DNA from: Gammaproteobacteria bacterium
Lineage (GTDB): Bacteria; Pseudomonadota; Gammaproteobacteria; DSM-16500
Assembly: GCA_021156085.1 (NCBI GenBank)
Contig: JAJNBC010000014.1
Location: 310 to 64,309, forward strand
Length of the DNA: 64,000 nucleotides
Direction of reading: 5' to 3'
The notes under the pieces are model-generated. The model did no database searches and was not told the DNA's origin. It was given only the letters and a program-made list of their open reading frames with translations. Made by a program: the position numbers and the translations under genes. This document shows, in pieces, positions 19,064-30,153 of the stretch. How positions within the stretch are numbered: position 1 is the stretch's first letter; each line of letters starts with the position of its first letter.

Positions 19064-20041
19064 TTAAGATAATTTACTCAATAACTCATTTTTCAATTTT
19101 TCCGGGACTACAGCCACAACAGGCAAATACCAGAACCGATCATCTGCAAATACTTCGCATTTCACTTTATCTTTTTCTGTCATTACAATCGGCAACTGAT
19201 CAGGAAAATTAAAATCTTTTTCTTGATAGAGATAATGATCAGGAAAAATATGTTCAATGATATCCAATCCACTCTCCCGCAAAGTAGTGAAAAATCGTTG
19301 GGGATTTCCGATCCCAGCCACAGCATGGATTTTTGTTTTGTTAAAATCCGTCAAAGCGCATCTCTTGTGCAAATCTATAATAGAAACAAACTCGTTTCCT
19401 TGCAACCGCATTTGAAAGTAGGCGCTCTCATGCCCGCCTCCTTGCTGAACAATAAAATCAACTCGGTTTAATCGGTGAGGGGCTTCTCGCAGTGGGCCTG
19501 CGGGCAACAAAAAACCATTTCCCCATTTTCGATCTCCATCTAGCACTGCAATTTCAATGCGACGCCCTAATCGATAATGTTGCAAACCATCATCTGCAAG
19601 TACCACATCACAATTTGTTTTATTTAATAATTCTTTTACCGCTGCGACACGATCAATACAAATAACCACAGGACACGTAGAATGCCGCGCTAATAAAAGT
19701 GCTTCATCCCCTACTCTTACCGGCTCTGCTTGTGCATCTACCCATAAAGGAACAACTTGTTTTTTACCACCACTACCTCGACTCACTATACCCGGGCGCC
19801 AGCCTTGGGCTTTTAAAAAATGGGCCAAACAAATCACTAATGGTGTTTTTCCCGTGCCCCCCACAGTAAGATTGCCGATTACTATTATTGGCACAGGGAA
19901 ATGGATTATTTTAAGGATAGTATGCTTATATAAAAATAAACGCAAGATTACAATAAAACGAAAAATATAAGAAAAAGGCAATAAAAAAAAGGTCAGCCAA
20001 GAAAGAGAGCGACGATACCAATGATGCTGTAGATCCCACAT
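19064..20041 (-). CDS. lpxK: Tetraacyldisaccharide 4'-kinase
   Basis: P-loop VGNLTVGGTGKTP and overall LpxK-like sequence. Immediately downstream of msbA, the conserved pairing. Confidence 0.85.
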   Translation of the reverse strand: MWDLQHHWYRRSLSWLTFFLLPFSYIFRFIVILRLFLYKHTILKIIHFPVPIIVIGNLTVGGTGKTPLVICLAHFLKAQGWRPGIVSRGSGGKKQVVPLWVDAQAEPVRVGDEALLLARHSTCPVVICIDRVAAVKELLNKTNCDVVLADDGLQHYRLGRRIEIAVLDGDRKWGNGFLLPAGPLREAPHRLNRVDFIVQQGGGHESAYFQMRLQGNEFVSIIDLHKRCALTDFNKTKIHAVAGIGNPQRFFTTLRESGLDIIEHIFPDHYLYQEKDFNFPDQLPIVMTEKDKVKCEVFADDRFWYLPVVAVVPEKLKNELLSKLS

Positions 20042-21807
20042 CAGGCGGCCTCAATATCTTTGAATTGCATTTTATATAATTTTGCATACAAACCATCGCA
20101 AGCTAATAAATCTGCATGCTTGCCTATTTCGACAATCCTGCCTTGATCTAATACAATAATTTTATCTGCTTGCTCTACCGTTGATAAACGATGGGCAATC
20201 ACAAAGGTTGTGCGATCACGCATTAGTTCTTGCAATGCAGCCTGTATATAGCGCTCTGATTCTGTATCTAATGCGGAGGTAGCTTCATCTAAAATTAAAA
20301 TGGGCGCATTTTTTAAAATCGCGCGTGCAATTGCAATACGCTGCCGCTGCCCCCCCGACAGCAATACGCCATTTTCCCCTATCAACGTATCTATCCCTTT
20401 GGGTAACTGCTGAATAAAATCGAATGCATAGGCAGCTTTAGCCGCTTTTATAATTTGTTCTTCAGTGACACTCGCTAAACGTCCGTATGCAATATTATTT
20501 GCAATAGTATCATTAAATAAAATTACATTCTGGGAAACCATAGCGAATTGGCGACGCAAATCTACAAGGCGATAATCGCGCACAGAAATGCCATCCAGTA
20601 AAATATCCCCAGAAAAATCTGCGTAGAAGCGCGGCAATAAATTAATGATAGTTGATTTTCCGCCACCAGAACGACCTACAAGCGCAACCACTTCCGCCGG
20701 TGAGACTTGAAAACTAATATCATGTAATACAGTTTTTCCACAATCATAAGAAAATGTAACATGCGAAAATTCGATATCTCCTTTTGCACGTTGTAATGTG
20801 TGAGTCCCTCCCTCGGATTCTGGTTCATGATCTAAAAATTCAAACACTGTTTGCGCACCCGCTAAGCCGCGATACAATTTATTTTGTACGCTGGTTAAAT
20901 CTTTCATCGGCTTGAGTAAAGCTAACATAGCCGCCACCATTGCTACAAAACCACCTGGCGAAAGAAGCGATTTAGCAATATCAAGCGTGGCTATGTAAAA
21001 TGTTGCGGAGAGAGCAAGCGCAGCTGCTAATTGCACCCCAGAAACACTTAATGAACGAGCAACAATAAGTTTCATTTCACGCCTACGGTTGTCCAGGGCT
21101 GCTACATTAAATTTTTCAATTTCACTCGCTTGTCCCTCAAATGCACGCACCACTTTATAGCCATCAATATTTTCTTCGGCATGATGAGTAATTGCTGTTA
21201 TCGTATCTTGAATGCTTAAGCTTAAACGGCGCACACGCAAACTTGCAATTCGCATAATCACTGTGATAAATGGGATAATAATGAAATAGATAAGTGATAA
21301 TTTCCAACTGATGGAGAACATCACAATCAATAATCCTAAGATTAAAAAAGAAGATTGAATTGCCGTTGTCAATACATCTGCCCCTGCATTAGCAACTTGA
21401 TCAACGCTGTATAAAATAACCGATAAAATTTGGCCTGAAGTAGCATGATCATAAAAACGAGCGGGTAAACGTTGTAGGTGTCCAAATATATTTTCACGCA
21501 AACACATAATAACATTGCGAGAAACAAGCGCGATATGATAAGTAGAAAAGAAATTCGCAATGCCCCGTGAAGCAAAAGCAAGAAACACTAAAAACGGCGC
21601 CCATTTTAAAAAATGCAGGTTTTTTTCCACCAAACCCTTATTCAATAAAGGCTTTAAGAAATAGACAAACCAAGAATCAATACCTGAATAAATCATGCTG
21701 GCAAGCATGGCAACAACAAGAGAGAACCAATAAGAACGCACGTACCTGAATAATCGCACATAAATAACAGCTGCATTGGCAACCGATTTGGGTTTAGACA
21801 TAGTCAC
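20041..21807 (-). CDS. msbA: Lipid A export ABC transporter ATP-binding/permease MsbA
   Basis: Six-TM domain plus ABC ATPase (GRSGGGKST, LSGGQRQR, ILILDEATSALD). 588 aa. Confidence 0.85.
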   Translation of the reverse strand: MTMSKPKSVANAAVIYVRLFRYVRSYWFSLVVAMLASMIYSGIDSWFVYFLKPLLNKGLVEKNLHFLKWAPFLVFLAFASRGIANFFSTYHIALVSRNVIMCLRENIFGHLQRLPARFYDHATSGQILSVILYSVDQVANAGADVLTTAIQSSFLILGLLIVMFSISWKLSLIYFIIIPFITVIMRIASLRVRRLSLSIQDTITAITHHAEENIDGYKVVRAFEGQASEIEKFNVAALDNRRREMKLIVARSLSVSGVQLAAALALSATFYIATLDIAKSLLSPGGFVAMVAAMLALLKPMKDLTSVQNKLYRGLAGAQTVFEFLDHEPESEGGTHTLQRAKGDIEFSHVTFSYDCGKTVLHDISFQVSPAEVVALVGRSGGGKSTIINLLPRFYADFSGDILLDGISVRDYRLVDLRRQFAMVSQNVILFNDTIANNIAYGRLASVTEEQIIKAAKAAYAFDFIQQLPKGIDTLIGENGVLLSGGQRQRIAIARAILKNAPILILDEATSALDTESERYIQAALQELMRDRTTFVIAHRLSTVEQADKIIVLDQGRIVEIGKHADLLACDGLYAKLYKMQFKDIEAA

Positions 21808-21905
21808 TCAGTATCGTTTGAAAAACGACTATGCTAGCATAAAGCCAATCAAACGTAACTAGCTAAAGTACGTGCTGATTCGTCCAATTTCTTAAGGAGG
21901 CCATT

Positions 21906-22826
21906 ATGATAGCGACTACAGATATCGTGAACCACGATCAAGCATTTGTTCAATTCTATCAAAGTCATCCTAACCTATTGGCCTTGCCTTTATCTAATCG
22001 AATCACCACCATTACCCAACAATTTCTTAACAGCCCTTACCAATTTGAGCCATTGGGAGAAGGCCACACGGGTATTTACTCTCATCTCCCCTTGTATCGG
22101 GCGGATGCATTTGATTGTGTCAGCTTTGTAGATACGACACTTGCATTATCCAATGCTGCTAATTTTGCTCAATTTAAAAAAAATATCATTGCGATTCGTT
22201 ATACCAATCAGAAAGTAGATTACACACAGCGTACAGACTGGTTTACTGATTACGAATGGAATCCCCATCTACAACAGTTAGGTTATATCCAAGATGTCAC
22301 TCCCAAATTCATGGACTCCAACAAAAAACCTATAGCAGAAGAAGCGAAGACTATCATTAATAAGCCAGAGTTTTATGCACAAAAAACACTCTCTAATTTA
22401 GAGCTACCCGACTTATCAGACGAAAAAAAACAACAGCGTTTAGCACAACTTAAAGCAGAAGGGGAAAATTTCACCGCTCAGCCCAGTACGTTATCTTATC
22501 TTCCCTTAACAAAATTATTTGATGCTCACGGCGAGCCTGTGCTTGCATTATGGAACCAATTTCCCCCTGTTGCTGTCATAGAAATAGTCCGTCCAAATTG
22601 GCGGCCTCTCAATCCCAAGGACCCCAGCATAGATTATGGGACAAATCTCAATGTGGCCCATGTAGGCATCGCTATTCATACTACCCATGGTGTTATGATT
22701 TACCATGCTTCAAGCGTCAGCCATAAAGTGGTTTGTCTTCCTTTGATAGACTATCTTCATTCTTTTTTGGAGGATTCCCGTTCGGCACCAGTCAAAGGCA
22801 TTCATGTAGAAGAAATTTTAAAATAA
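21906..22826 (+). CDS. DUF1460-like (amidase-like) protein
   Basis: FDCVSFVDTTLAL motif and length (306 aa) resemble the DUF1460 family. Assignment from memory. Confidence 0.35.
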   Translation: MIATTDIVNHDQAFVQFYQSHPNLLALPLSNRITTITQQFLNSPYQFEPLGEGHTGIYSHLPLYRADAFDCVSFVDTTLALSNAANFAQFKKNIIAIRYTNQKVDYTQRTDWFTDYEWNPHLQQLGYIQDVTPKFMDSNKKPIAEEAKTIINKPEFYAQKTLSNLELPDLSDEKKQQRLAQLKAEGENFTAQPSTLSYLPLTKLFDAHGEPVLALWNQFPPVAVIEIVRPNWRPLNPKDPSIDYGTNLNVAHVGIAIHTTHGVMIYHASSVSHKVVCLPLIDYLHSFLEDSRSAPVKGIHVEEILK

Positions 22827-22840
22827 TATAGGATAACCCC

Positions 22841-23659
22841 ATGAAAAAATTAAAATCTTTAATCGAATCCGCTTTTGAAGATTGCGGCACAATTTCACCG
22901 CAATCGGCTCCTGCTGATCTCAAACAAGCGGTAACACATTGCATAACATTATTAGATCAAGGCCAACTTCGTGTAGCGGAAAAAATAAATGGCCAGTGGG
23001 TAGTCCATGCATGGCTCAAAAAAGCAATATTGCTGTATTTTCGATTGCACGAGAATCAAGTGATTAACGGTGGCTTTACACATTATTTCGATAAAATACC
23101 CGTTAAATTCTCGCAGGAAGATCCTACTATGTTCAAAACAGCCGGTGTCCGCATCGTACCGCCCGCCCTGGCTCGTCAAGGTGCTTATATTGCACCCAAT
23201 ACCATCTTGATGCCCTCTTATGTGAACATAGGGGCCTATATCGATACGGGCACCATGGTTGACACGTGGGCGACCGTAGGCTCTTGCGCACAAATCGGAA
23301 AAAATGTACATCTTTCGGGGGGTGTAGGCATTGGCGGCGTATTAGAACCACTACAAGCTAATCCGACTATTATAGAAGACAATTGCTTTATCGGTGCTCG
23401 CTCCGAAATTGTGGAAGGGGTGATTGTAGAAGAAGGCGCGGTAATATCCATGGGTGTCTATCTTAGTCAAAGCACACGCATCTACCATCGTGACACTGAA
23501 AAAATCACTTACGGGCGAATTCCAGCAGGTGCTGTAGTTGTGCCGGGGAATTTACCCAGCGACGACGGAAGATACAGCTTGTATTGTGCTATTATTGTGA
23601 AACAAGTAGATGCAAAAACTCGGGAAAAAGTAGGAATTAATGAGTTATTACGATACTAA
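22841..23659 (+). CDS. dapD: 2,3,4,5-tetrahydropyridine-2,6-dicarboxylate N-succinyltransferase
   Basis: Hexapeptide-repeat C-terminal half. 272 aa. Followed by dapE. Confidence 0.8.
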   Translation: MKKLKSLIESAFEDCGTISPQSAPADLKQAVTHCITLLDQGQLRVAEKINGQWVVHAWLKKAILLYFRLHENQVINGGFTHYFDKIPVKFSQEDPTMFKTAGVRIVPPALARQGAYIAPNTILMPSYVNIGAYIDTGTMVDTWATVGSCAQIGKNVHLSGGVGIGGVLEPLQANPTIIEDNCFIGARSEIVEGVIVEEGAVISMGVYLSQSTRIYHRDTEKITYGRIPAGAVVVPGNLPSDDGRYSLYCAIIVKQVDAKTREKVGINELLRY

Positions 23660-23676
23660 ACGCTACGAGGATCACT

Positions 23677-24804
23677 ATGTCATCTATTCTTTCATTGCTC
23701 AAGGATCTTATTTATTGTCCCTCTGTGACTCCACAGGATGCAGGCTGTCAAGAAATTATTAGCCAGCGTTTAAAACTTTTGAATTTCCATATTGAATCCA
23801 TGCGTTTCAATGACGTAGATAATTTGTGGGCACGTTACGGTACACAAGCTCCTCTCATCGTATTTGCGGGGCATACCGATGTCGTGCCGCCAGGCCCCCT
23901 AGATGCTTGGGTCACCCCTCCTTTTGAGCCTCATATACGCGAAGAGTATTTGTATGGCCGTGGCGCAGCAGATATGAAAAGCGGTTTAGCAACAATGATC
24001 ATTGCAGTAGAAAATTTTCTAAAAAAAAATCCGCAATGTGCGGGCTCTATTGCTTTTCTTATTACTAGCGATGAAGAAGGCGTCAGCATTGATGGCACTA
24101 AACGCGTCGTGGAAACATTACTGCAACGTAATGAAAAAATGGATTACTGTGTAATAGGAGAAGCCACTTCTAATAACTTTATTGGTGATCAAATCCGAGT
24201 GGGAAGACGGGGCTCATTAAGTGGAAACTTAAAACTCTTTGGTAAGCAAGGGCATGTAGCATTTCCTCATCTAGCAGAAAACGTTATTCATTTAATTGCT
24301 CCTGCATTACAAGAATTAACCACCTTCACTTGGGATCAAGGTAATCAATATTTCCCACCTACTACTTTCCAAATTTCTAATCTCCATGCGGGCACGGGTG
24401 CGAATAATGTGATTCCTGGAGACCTCAACATGCATTTTAATTTTCGATTTTCTACGGCAGTAACTGCGGAGGAATTACAACACCGTGTAACCCAAATACT
24501 CGAAAAACATCATTTAAAATTTGATTTGCAGTGGAATTATTCGGGCCAACCTTTTTTAACGCACCAAGGCCAACTCATTAGGGCCGTAAAACAAGCAATT
24601 CAAGAAATAACAGCGTTAGATACGATCCTCTCTACGGGGGGGGGTACCTCAGATGGCCGCTTTATTGCTCCCACGGGAACAGAAGTCATTGAATTAGGCC
24701 CGTGTAATGCAAGTGTACATCAAGCTAATGAGCATGTACGAATCCCAGATTTAAATGTGCTTTCTGAAATCTACGAGAGGATATTAGAGTTATTACTAAA
24801 TTGA
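23677..24804 (+). CDS. dapE: Succinyl-diaminopimelate desuccinylase (M20 peptidase)
   Basis: HTDVVPPG, GRGAADMKSG and DEEG motifs of M20 DapE. 375 aa. Confidence 0.85.
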   Translation: MSSILSLLKDLIYCPSVTPQDAGCQEIISQRLKLLNFHIESMRFNDVDNLWARYGTQAPLIVFAGHTDVVPPGPLDAWVTPPFEPHIREEYLYGRGAADMKSGLATMIIAVENFLKKNPQCAGSIAFLITSDEEGVSIDGTKRVVETLLQRNEKMDYCVIGEATSNNFIGDQIRVGRRGSLSGNLKLFGKQGHVAFPHLAENVIHLIAPALQELTTFTWDQGNQYFPPTTFQISNLHAGTGANNVIPGDLNMHFNFRFSTAVTAEELQHRVTQILEKHHLKFDLQWNYSGQPFLTHQGQLIRAVKQAIQEITALDTILSTGGGTSDGRFIAPTGTEVIELGPCNASVHQANEHVRIPDLNVLSEIYERILELLLN

Positions 24805-24954
24805 TAGATGACATGTCTTAGGTTTACACGATAGCTTTAGGAAATTGTTGCACCCTACCGGATTGTGGTTTAGTCTTACACTCCATTAATTGCATCTCTC
24901 CGAGACTTATGGCTACGTGCATGAGGGTTTCATCTGTATGAGGAGAGAGGCGCA

Positions 24955-25045
24955 GGAGAGGTGTCCGAGCGGTTTAAGGAGCACGCCTGGAAAGTGTGTG
25001 TACGTTAATAGCGTACCGAGGGTTCGAATCCCTCTCTCTCCGCCA
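24955..25045 (+). tRNA. tRNA-Ser (anticodon GGA)
   Basis: Cloverleaf read by eye: acceptor GGAGAGG/TCTCTCC, anticodon stem CACGC/GTGTG with loop CTGGAAA, long variable arm, T-loop GGTTCGAATCC, discriminator G and CCA. Confidence 0.8.
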
Positions 25046-25048
25046 GGT

Positions 25049-25167
25049 TTGGTAATCAGTATTGGTCTCTTCGCGGCGATATGCCATAAACCCCGCCAGG
25101 TCCGGAAGGAAGCAACGGTAGTGGCAAACTCGAGCGCCGAAGTCAGGCTGGTACTGGTTGCCTCCAT
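25049..25167 (+). ncRNA. ffs: SRP RNA (4.5S RNA)
   Basis: Conserved domain IV CAGGTCCGGAAGGAAGCAAC. Terminal helix GGTAATCAGTATTGG…/…CTGGTACTGGTTGCC. Located directly upstream of dnaX as in many bacteria. Confidence 0.75.
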
Positions 25168-25185
25168 TTTTAGGATGAATAGCGA

Positions 25186-26727
25186 ATGAATTATCAAGTC
25201 CTCGCACGTAAATGGCGTCCCCGTAGTCTTAAAGAAATCGTAGGACAAGAACATATCTTGCGCATCCTCACTCATGCGCTTACTCAACAAGGTTTGCATC
25301 ATGCTTATCTTTTTACAGGCATTCAAGGCGTAGGAAAAACAACATTTGGACGCATACTCGCAAAATGTGTCAACTGTGAATCGGGAATAACTGCAGAATC
25401 ATGTGGCACATGCAAAAATTGCACGGCTATCGACACAGGTCGTTTTCTAGACTTATTGGAAATTGATGCGGCATCACGCACTAAAGTAGAAGATACACGC
25501 GAAGTATTAGATAACATTCAATACCAACCTACCCAAGGCCGTTATAAAGTTTATTTGATCGATGAAGTTCACATGCTATCCACACATAGCTTTAATGCCT
25601 TGTTAAAAACGCTAGAAGAACCCCCTCCGTATGTTATTTTTTTATTAGCAACCACAGACCCAAAACGATTGCCCGCTACTATTCTTTCGCGTTGTTTACA
25701 ATTAAATTTGAAACGCATCCCTACGGAGCAGATTACACAACATTTACAACATATTTGCACCGTGGAAAAAATAACATTTGAAATACAAGCCTTATCCCAC
25801 TTAGCCAGAGCAGCCGATGGTAGCCTGCGTGATGCGCTCAGCCTGCTAGACCAAGCCAATGCACTTTGCCATGGAAATATTACAATAACAGAAATCCAGC
25901 AAATGCTGGGCAGCATAGAACAAGATATGTTGTACCGATTATTGCAGGCACTCGCCAAACAAGATGGCAAGCAATTGCTGAGTGACATTGCAAAGCTTGC
26001 TGAGTTCGCTATTGATTTTAATCAAATATTAGAAGATTTATTATCACTATTACATCAAATCAGCATTGCCCAAGTAGTAGATAACACTGTTAACTCAAAC
26101 ACACCGATCTCTCAATTCGCAAAGGATTTTACTGCCGAAGATATTCAGCTTTATTATCAAATAGCTCTCATTGGTCGCCGTGACTTACCCTTGGCACCCA
26201 ACCCGCAATTTGGATTTGAAATGGTGATGTTACGCATGTTAGCTTTTAAGCCTGCTATTGAAAAAGCGAGGCAAAAAAAAGTGACAAATCTACAAGCAAC
26301 TCCGCCTAATACATTTCTTCCAACAGAAAAAGCTACCCCTGAAGTTTCGCAAGTTAGGGCTTGGGCAGATATTCTAGCCAAACTTGAATTAACTGGTATG
26401 GCCCAAGCTTTGGCTGCAAATTGTACTTTGCTGGAGCTAAAAGACACTCAAATCGTGCTTTCTCTCTCAAAGCAGCATGAAGCCATGTTCAATAACAAGC
26501 TCCTTACTCGGATTGAGGAAGCTCTGGCTAAATTTTTTAATAAACCAATGAAGCTAGACATCCAGCTGACTTCTACAGAAATTAATACTCCTTCAAAACT
26601 ACAGCACCAAAAACAAGCTGCATTACAAGCTACTGCAGTTGAAGCAATTAAGAATGACAGCGAAATTCATAAGATGATGACGCTATTTGAAGCAAAATTG
26701 GATATAGATTCTATTGAAGCTGTCTAA
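25186..26727 (+). CDS. dnaX: DNA polymerase III subunits gamma/tau
   Basis: ARKWRP…GTGKTT Walker A and Zn module CxxC…CxxC. 513 aa. Confidence 0.9.
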   Translation: MNYQVLARKWRPRSLKEIVGQEHILRILTHALTQQGLHHAYLFTGIQGVGKTTFGRILAKCVNCESGITAESCGTCKNCTAIDTGRFLDLLEIDAASRTKVEDTREVLDNIQYQPTQGRYKVYLIDEVHMLSTHSFNALLKTLEEPPPYVIFLLATTDPKRLPATILSRCLQLNLKRIPTEQITQHLQHICTVEKITFEIQALSHLARAADGSLRDALSLLDQANALCHGNITITEIQQMLGSIEQDMLYRLLQALAKQDGKQLLSDIAKLAEFAIDFNQILEDLLSLLHQISIAQVVDNTVNSNTPISQFAKDFTAEDIQLYYQIALIGRRDLPLAPNPQFGFEMVMLRMLAFKPAIEKARQKKVTNLQATPPNTFLPTEKATPEVSQVRAWADILAKLELTGMAQALAANCTLLELKDTQIVLSLSKQHEAMFNNKLLTRIEEALAKFFNKPMKLDIQLTSTEINTPSKLQHQKQAALQATAVEAIKNDSEIHKMMTLFEAKLDIDSIEAV

Positions 26728-26832
26728 TAGAAACCAAGACAAGCCCTAATTTTTTATATCCTTTGCTGTCCCCATTTGTTACAATGCCCACAGTTTTTAT
26801 TTACCTATTAACATTCACTGGGAGTGCGGCAG

Positions 26833-27180
26833 ATGGTTAAATCTTTTACTGACAAGCCTGGCTTAGGCGATTTAATGAAAAAAGCACAAGAAATGCAGAA
26901 AAAAATGCAAGATATTCAAAAGCAAGTCACAGAAATGAAAGTGACAGGTCAAGCTGGTGGCGACCTTGTTAAAGTTTTGATGAACGGTCAACATAAAGCA
27001 GAAAAAACCACTCTTAATCCCACTATACTGGAAGAAGAAATCTCAATCATTGAAGACTTAATAACAGCTGCAATTAATGATGCATCAACTAAAGTCGAAA
27101 AAGGCACACGAGAAAAAATGTCTAGCTTAACTGGTATTAAATTACCCGATGGTTTCAATCTCCCAGAAGACAATGGTTAA
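26833..27180 (+). CDS. ybaB: Nucleoid-associated protein YbaB/EbfC
   Basis: [17 protein letters not shown]…[10 protein letters not shown] signature. dnaX-ybaB-recR synteny. Start at MVKSF within the ORF. Confidence 0.85.
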   Translation: MVKSFTDKPGLGDLMKKAQEMQKKMQDIQKQVTEMKVTGQAGGDLVKVLMNGQHKAEKTTLNPTILEEEISIIEDLITAAINDASTKVEKGTREKMSSLTGIKLPDGFNLPEDNG

Positions 27181-27185
27181 AGCTC

Positions 27186-27782
27186 ATGCAGTTTACTCCC
27201 CTGCTCACTCAACTCATTGAAGCCTTACGTTGCCTTCCTGGAGTAGGACCTAAGACAGCGCAACGTATGGCATTTCAATTACTAGAACATCATCGAGAAA
27301 AAGGGAAATATTTAGCTAAAACATTGCATGAAGCCATGCAACAAATAAATCATTGCACCTACTGCCGCACTTTTAGTGAAGCTGAGCTTTGCCATCTTTG
27401 CAGCTCAGCACGCCGCGATCACTCTCTCTTATGTATTGTTGAAAGCCCCTCAGATATTGTCGCCGTAGAGCAAATGGGCAGTTATCGCGGTTTATATTTC
27501 GTACTGATGGGGCATTTATCACCTTTAGATGGTATAGGGCCAGAACAATTAGGCATCAAAGAACTCACTCTCTTATTTGCACGAAACACTATAAAAGAAG
27601 TCATTTTGGCGACGAACCCCACAGTAGAAGGCGAAGCAACCGCACATTATATTTCCGAACTCGCCAAGCAATATCCTATTACAGTTACTCGCATTGCTCA
27701 CGGCGTGCCGCTTGGGGGGGAACTAGAATATATTGACAGTGGCACATTAGCCCATGCTTTTGCCGGAAGAGGAATGCTTTGA
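27186..27782 (+). CDS. recR: Recombination protein RecR
   Basis: [14 protein letters not shown] HhH, C4 zinc finger and Toprim. 198 aa. Confidence 0.9.
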   Translation: MQFTPLLTQLIEALRCLPGVGPKTAQRMAFQLLEHHREKGKYLAKTLHEAMQQINHCTYCRTFSEAELCHLCSSARRDHSLLCIVESPSDIVAVEQMGSYRGLYFVLMGHLSPLDGIGPEQLGIKELTLLFARNTIKEVILATNPTVEGEATAHYISELAKQYPITVTRIAHGVPLGGELEYIDSGTLAHAFAGRGML

Positions 27783-28723
27783 AAAAATGTTTTAAAAATA
27801 TAATACTGCTCTTTTTTTTCTTTAGTTACTCCATTTTCTGTTTAGCTGATCGACTGATCATTGAGCCGGATGAAGGGCGAGCACCTATTTTGACAGCCAT
27901 AGCACATTCAAAATCATCTCTGGACCTTGCTCTGTATGGTTTAACAGATACAAACTTAATACAAGCACTGATTCAAGCAAAAAAAAGGGGCAAGCTTGTT
28001 CGAATTCTACTCGAACCACAACCTTACCAAGCAATCCATGAAAATACACCAGCAATTCAATTTCTTCAAAATGCACACATTGCTTTGCATTGGCCAAATC
28101 CAAAATTTAAATTCTTACATCAAAAAACTTTTTTATTTGATAATACCTCTGCTCTGGTGATGACCTTCAATCTGACGCACTCTTCTTTCAAAAATGAGCG
28201 TAATTTTGCATTATTTATCACTCATCCTGATCAGATAAAAGAAATTCAAGAAGTATTCGATGCCGATTGGAAACAGCAACAAGCAAAGGTGAAAAATCCT
28301 AATTTGGTTTGGAGTCCCAACAATAGCCGAAAAAAAATAGTAGACTTTATTCAACAAGCGCGATCTGAGATAAAAATCTATGCCCAAAATATAAGTGATC
28401 CTCAAATTATCGAAGCATTAGCTAAAGCCGCCCAAGCTAAAGTAAAAGTAGAAGTTTTAATTTCCTCACCCCCAACAAAAAATTGTTTGCATTATTTAAC
28501 ACAAGCAGGAGTGATAATACATATTAGCCATGGCTATCTCATTCATGCAAAAGTTATTTTAGTTGATGAGAAAAAGGCTGTATTGGGCTCTATCAACTTG
28601 ACGCGGACATCCCTAGATGACAATAGAGAACTCTCTGTCATCACGGATGATAAAAAAATAGTACACACCCTGCTTGATACATTTAAGCAAGATTCAATGG
28701 CTCTCGTGGGCTTTATGCAATAA
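27779..28723 (+). CDS. Secreted phospholipase D superfamily protein with two HKD motifs
   Basis: Signal peptide. HQKTFLFD and HAKVILVD (H-x-K-x4-D) motifs. Confidence 0.7.
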   Translation: MKKCFKNIILLFFFFSYSIFCLADRLIIEPDEGRAPILTAIAHSKSSLDLALYGLTDTNLIQALIQAKKRGKLVRILLEPQPYQAIHENTPAIQFLQNAHIALHWPNPKFKFLHQKTFLFDNTSALVMTFNLTHSSFKNERNFALFITHPDQIKEIQEVFDADWKQQQAKVKNPNLVWSPNNSRKKIVDFIQQARSEIKIYAQNISDPQIIEALAKAAQAKVKVEVLISSPPTKNCLHYLTQAGVIIHISHGYLIHAKVILVDEKKAVLGSINLTRTSLDDNRELSVITDDKKIVHTLLDTFKQDSMALVGFMQ

Positions 28724-28752
28724 GAACATATAAATAAAGGAAGACAACTGCA

Positions 28753-30075
28753 ATGACTTTAAAAAATTTACTCCTACGGGTGGACCGTTTCTTTGAACTT
28801 ACTCAACATACAACAACTGTACGTATTGAATTACTTGCAGGCATGACTACGTTTTTAACCATGGCTTACATCTTATTTGCTAACCCCGCTATTTTAGGAA
28901 GCGCCGGCATGAATAGCCAATCTGTTTTTGTTGCCACTTGCTTAGTCAGCGCTATCGGTAGCTTACTAATCGGTTTATCTTCAAATTATCCCATTGCCAT
29001 TGCCCCCGGCATGGCACTGAATGTTTATTTTTCTTATACGATCGTTCAAAGCTTAGGTTACTCTTGGCAAAGCGCCCTAGGCGCTGTTTTTATCTCTGGT
29101 ATTTTATTTTTGGTAATGAGCTTAACTCATATCCGACGTCTTATTTTGCAATCTTTACCAGAAAATTTATGCATAGCGGTTACAACAGGCTTAGGACTCT
29201 TTATTGGGCTTATTGCTTTAAAATCGGCGGGGATTATTATTGCTAATCCCAATACTATGGTTACTCTAGGGCATGTGGGTTCTTTACAAGGATTATTATT
29301 TCTATTTGGGTTCTGCCTCATTACGGTATTAGAACATTACCGTATTCCAGGATCGATTATCTTCAGTATTTTAGCGACTACCTGTTTGAGCATTCTATTC
29401 AAGCTCAGTGTATTTCATGGTATTCTTTCTTTGCCGCCTATCCATAATCTAGCATTATTTGCTTTTGATATAAAAAACTTATGGACTCACCAAGGCATCG
29501 CTATTATTTTAACTTTCTTGCTCGTTGCATTATTTGACAGTACTGGCACGTTAGTTGGTTTGCTACAATTTTCGGGACTTTCTAAAGATGCTAAAAAAAC
29601 AGAACGTTTATCTCATGCGTTAGCTGCAGAAAGCATTGCCACCATTACGGGTTCCCTATTAGGAACATCCAGTACCAGCCCTTATATTGAAAGCTCCGCG
29701 GGTATTAAAATGGGAGGGCGTACTGGCTTAACTGCAGTCACAGTGGCTATCCTTTTTTTATGTTCTTTATTTTTTTCTCCTTTGGCACAAACGATACCGA
29801 CTTATGCCACCTCCGCAGCCCTTCTCTTCATTGCTTGCTTAATGATACGAAATTTAACTCATATTGACTGGAATAATCTCACGGAAAGCATACCTAGCTT
29901 GCTCACCGCCTTAATGATTCCTCTTACTTTTTCCATTGCAGATGGTTTTGGGATTGGTATTATTTCGTATGTTATTCTTAAATTTTGCTGCAAAAAAATA
30001 TGCGACCTTAATCCTATTCTTATTCTCCTCGCTCTTATTTTTATAGGTTATTTTATTTACCGGGCCCATTCTTAA
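28753..30075 (+). CDS. NCS2/AzgA-family purine (adenine/guanine/hypoxanthine) permease
   Basis: N-terminus …FFELTQHTTTVRIELLAGMTTFLTMAYILFANP… typical of AzgA/PurP permeases. 12+ TM. Confidence 0.7.
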   Translation: MTLKNLLLRVDRFFELTQHTTTVRIELLAGMTTFLTMAYILFANPAILGSAGMNSQSVFVATCLVSAIGSLLIGLSSNYPIAIAPGMALNVYFSYTIVQSLGYSWQSALGAVFISGILFLVMSLTHIRRLILQSLPENLCIAVTTGLGLFIGLIALKSAGIIIANPNTMVTLGHVGSLQGLLFLFGFCLITVLEHYRIPGSIIFSILATTCLSILFKLSVFHGILSLPPIHNLALFAFDIKNLWTHQGIAIILTFLLVALFDSTGTLVGLLQFSGLSKDAKKTERLSHALAAESIATITGSLLGTSSTSPYIESSAGIKMGGRTGLTAVTVAILFLCSLFFSPLAQTIPTYATSAALLFIACLMIRNLTHIDWNNLTESIPSLLTALMIPLTFSIADGFGIGIISYVILKFCCKKICDLNPILILLALIFIGYFIYRAHS

Positions 30076-30153
30076 TACTTTTTTGTCTTTAAAATATAAC
30101 TTATTTCGATCCGAACCGCTGAGTCTTCTCATAACATACGTACAGTTAACATC

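Noticed and set aside
21369-21749. Small ORFs 21369..21581 (-) and 21567..21749 (+) inside msbA
   Set aside because: They are embedded in the msbA reading frame region. Typical shadow ORFs.
22952-23451. Three minus-strand ORFs (119, 72, 71 aa) inside dapD
   Set aside because: Antisense shadow ORFs of the hexapeptide-repeat gene. GC-rich repeat codons generate open antisense frames.
24632-24640. G9 homopolymer inside dapE (codons ACG GGG GGG GGT)
   Set aside because: It encodes the conserved TGGGT peptide of an essential gene. It is unlikely to be a phase-variation tract. Noted only as a sequencing-error-prone site.
24890-25326. ORFs 24890..25189 (+), 24913..25326 (-) and 24974..25207 (-) in the six-frame track
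   Set aside because: They overlap the tRNA-Ser and SRP RNA genes and the dnaX start. These are RNA-gene artefacts, not CDS.
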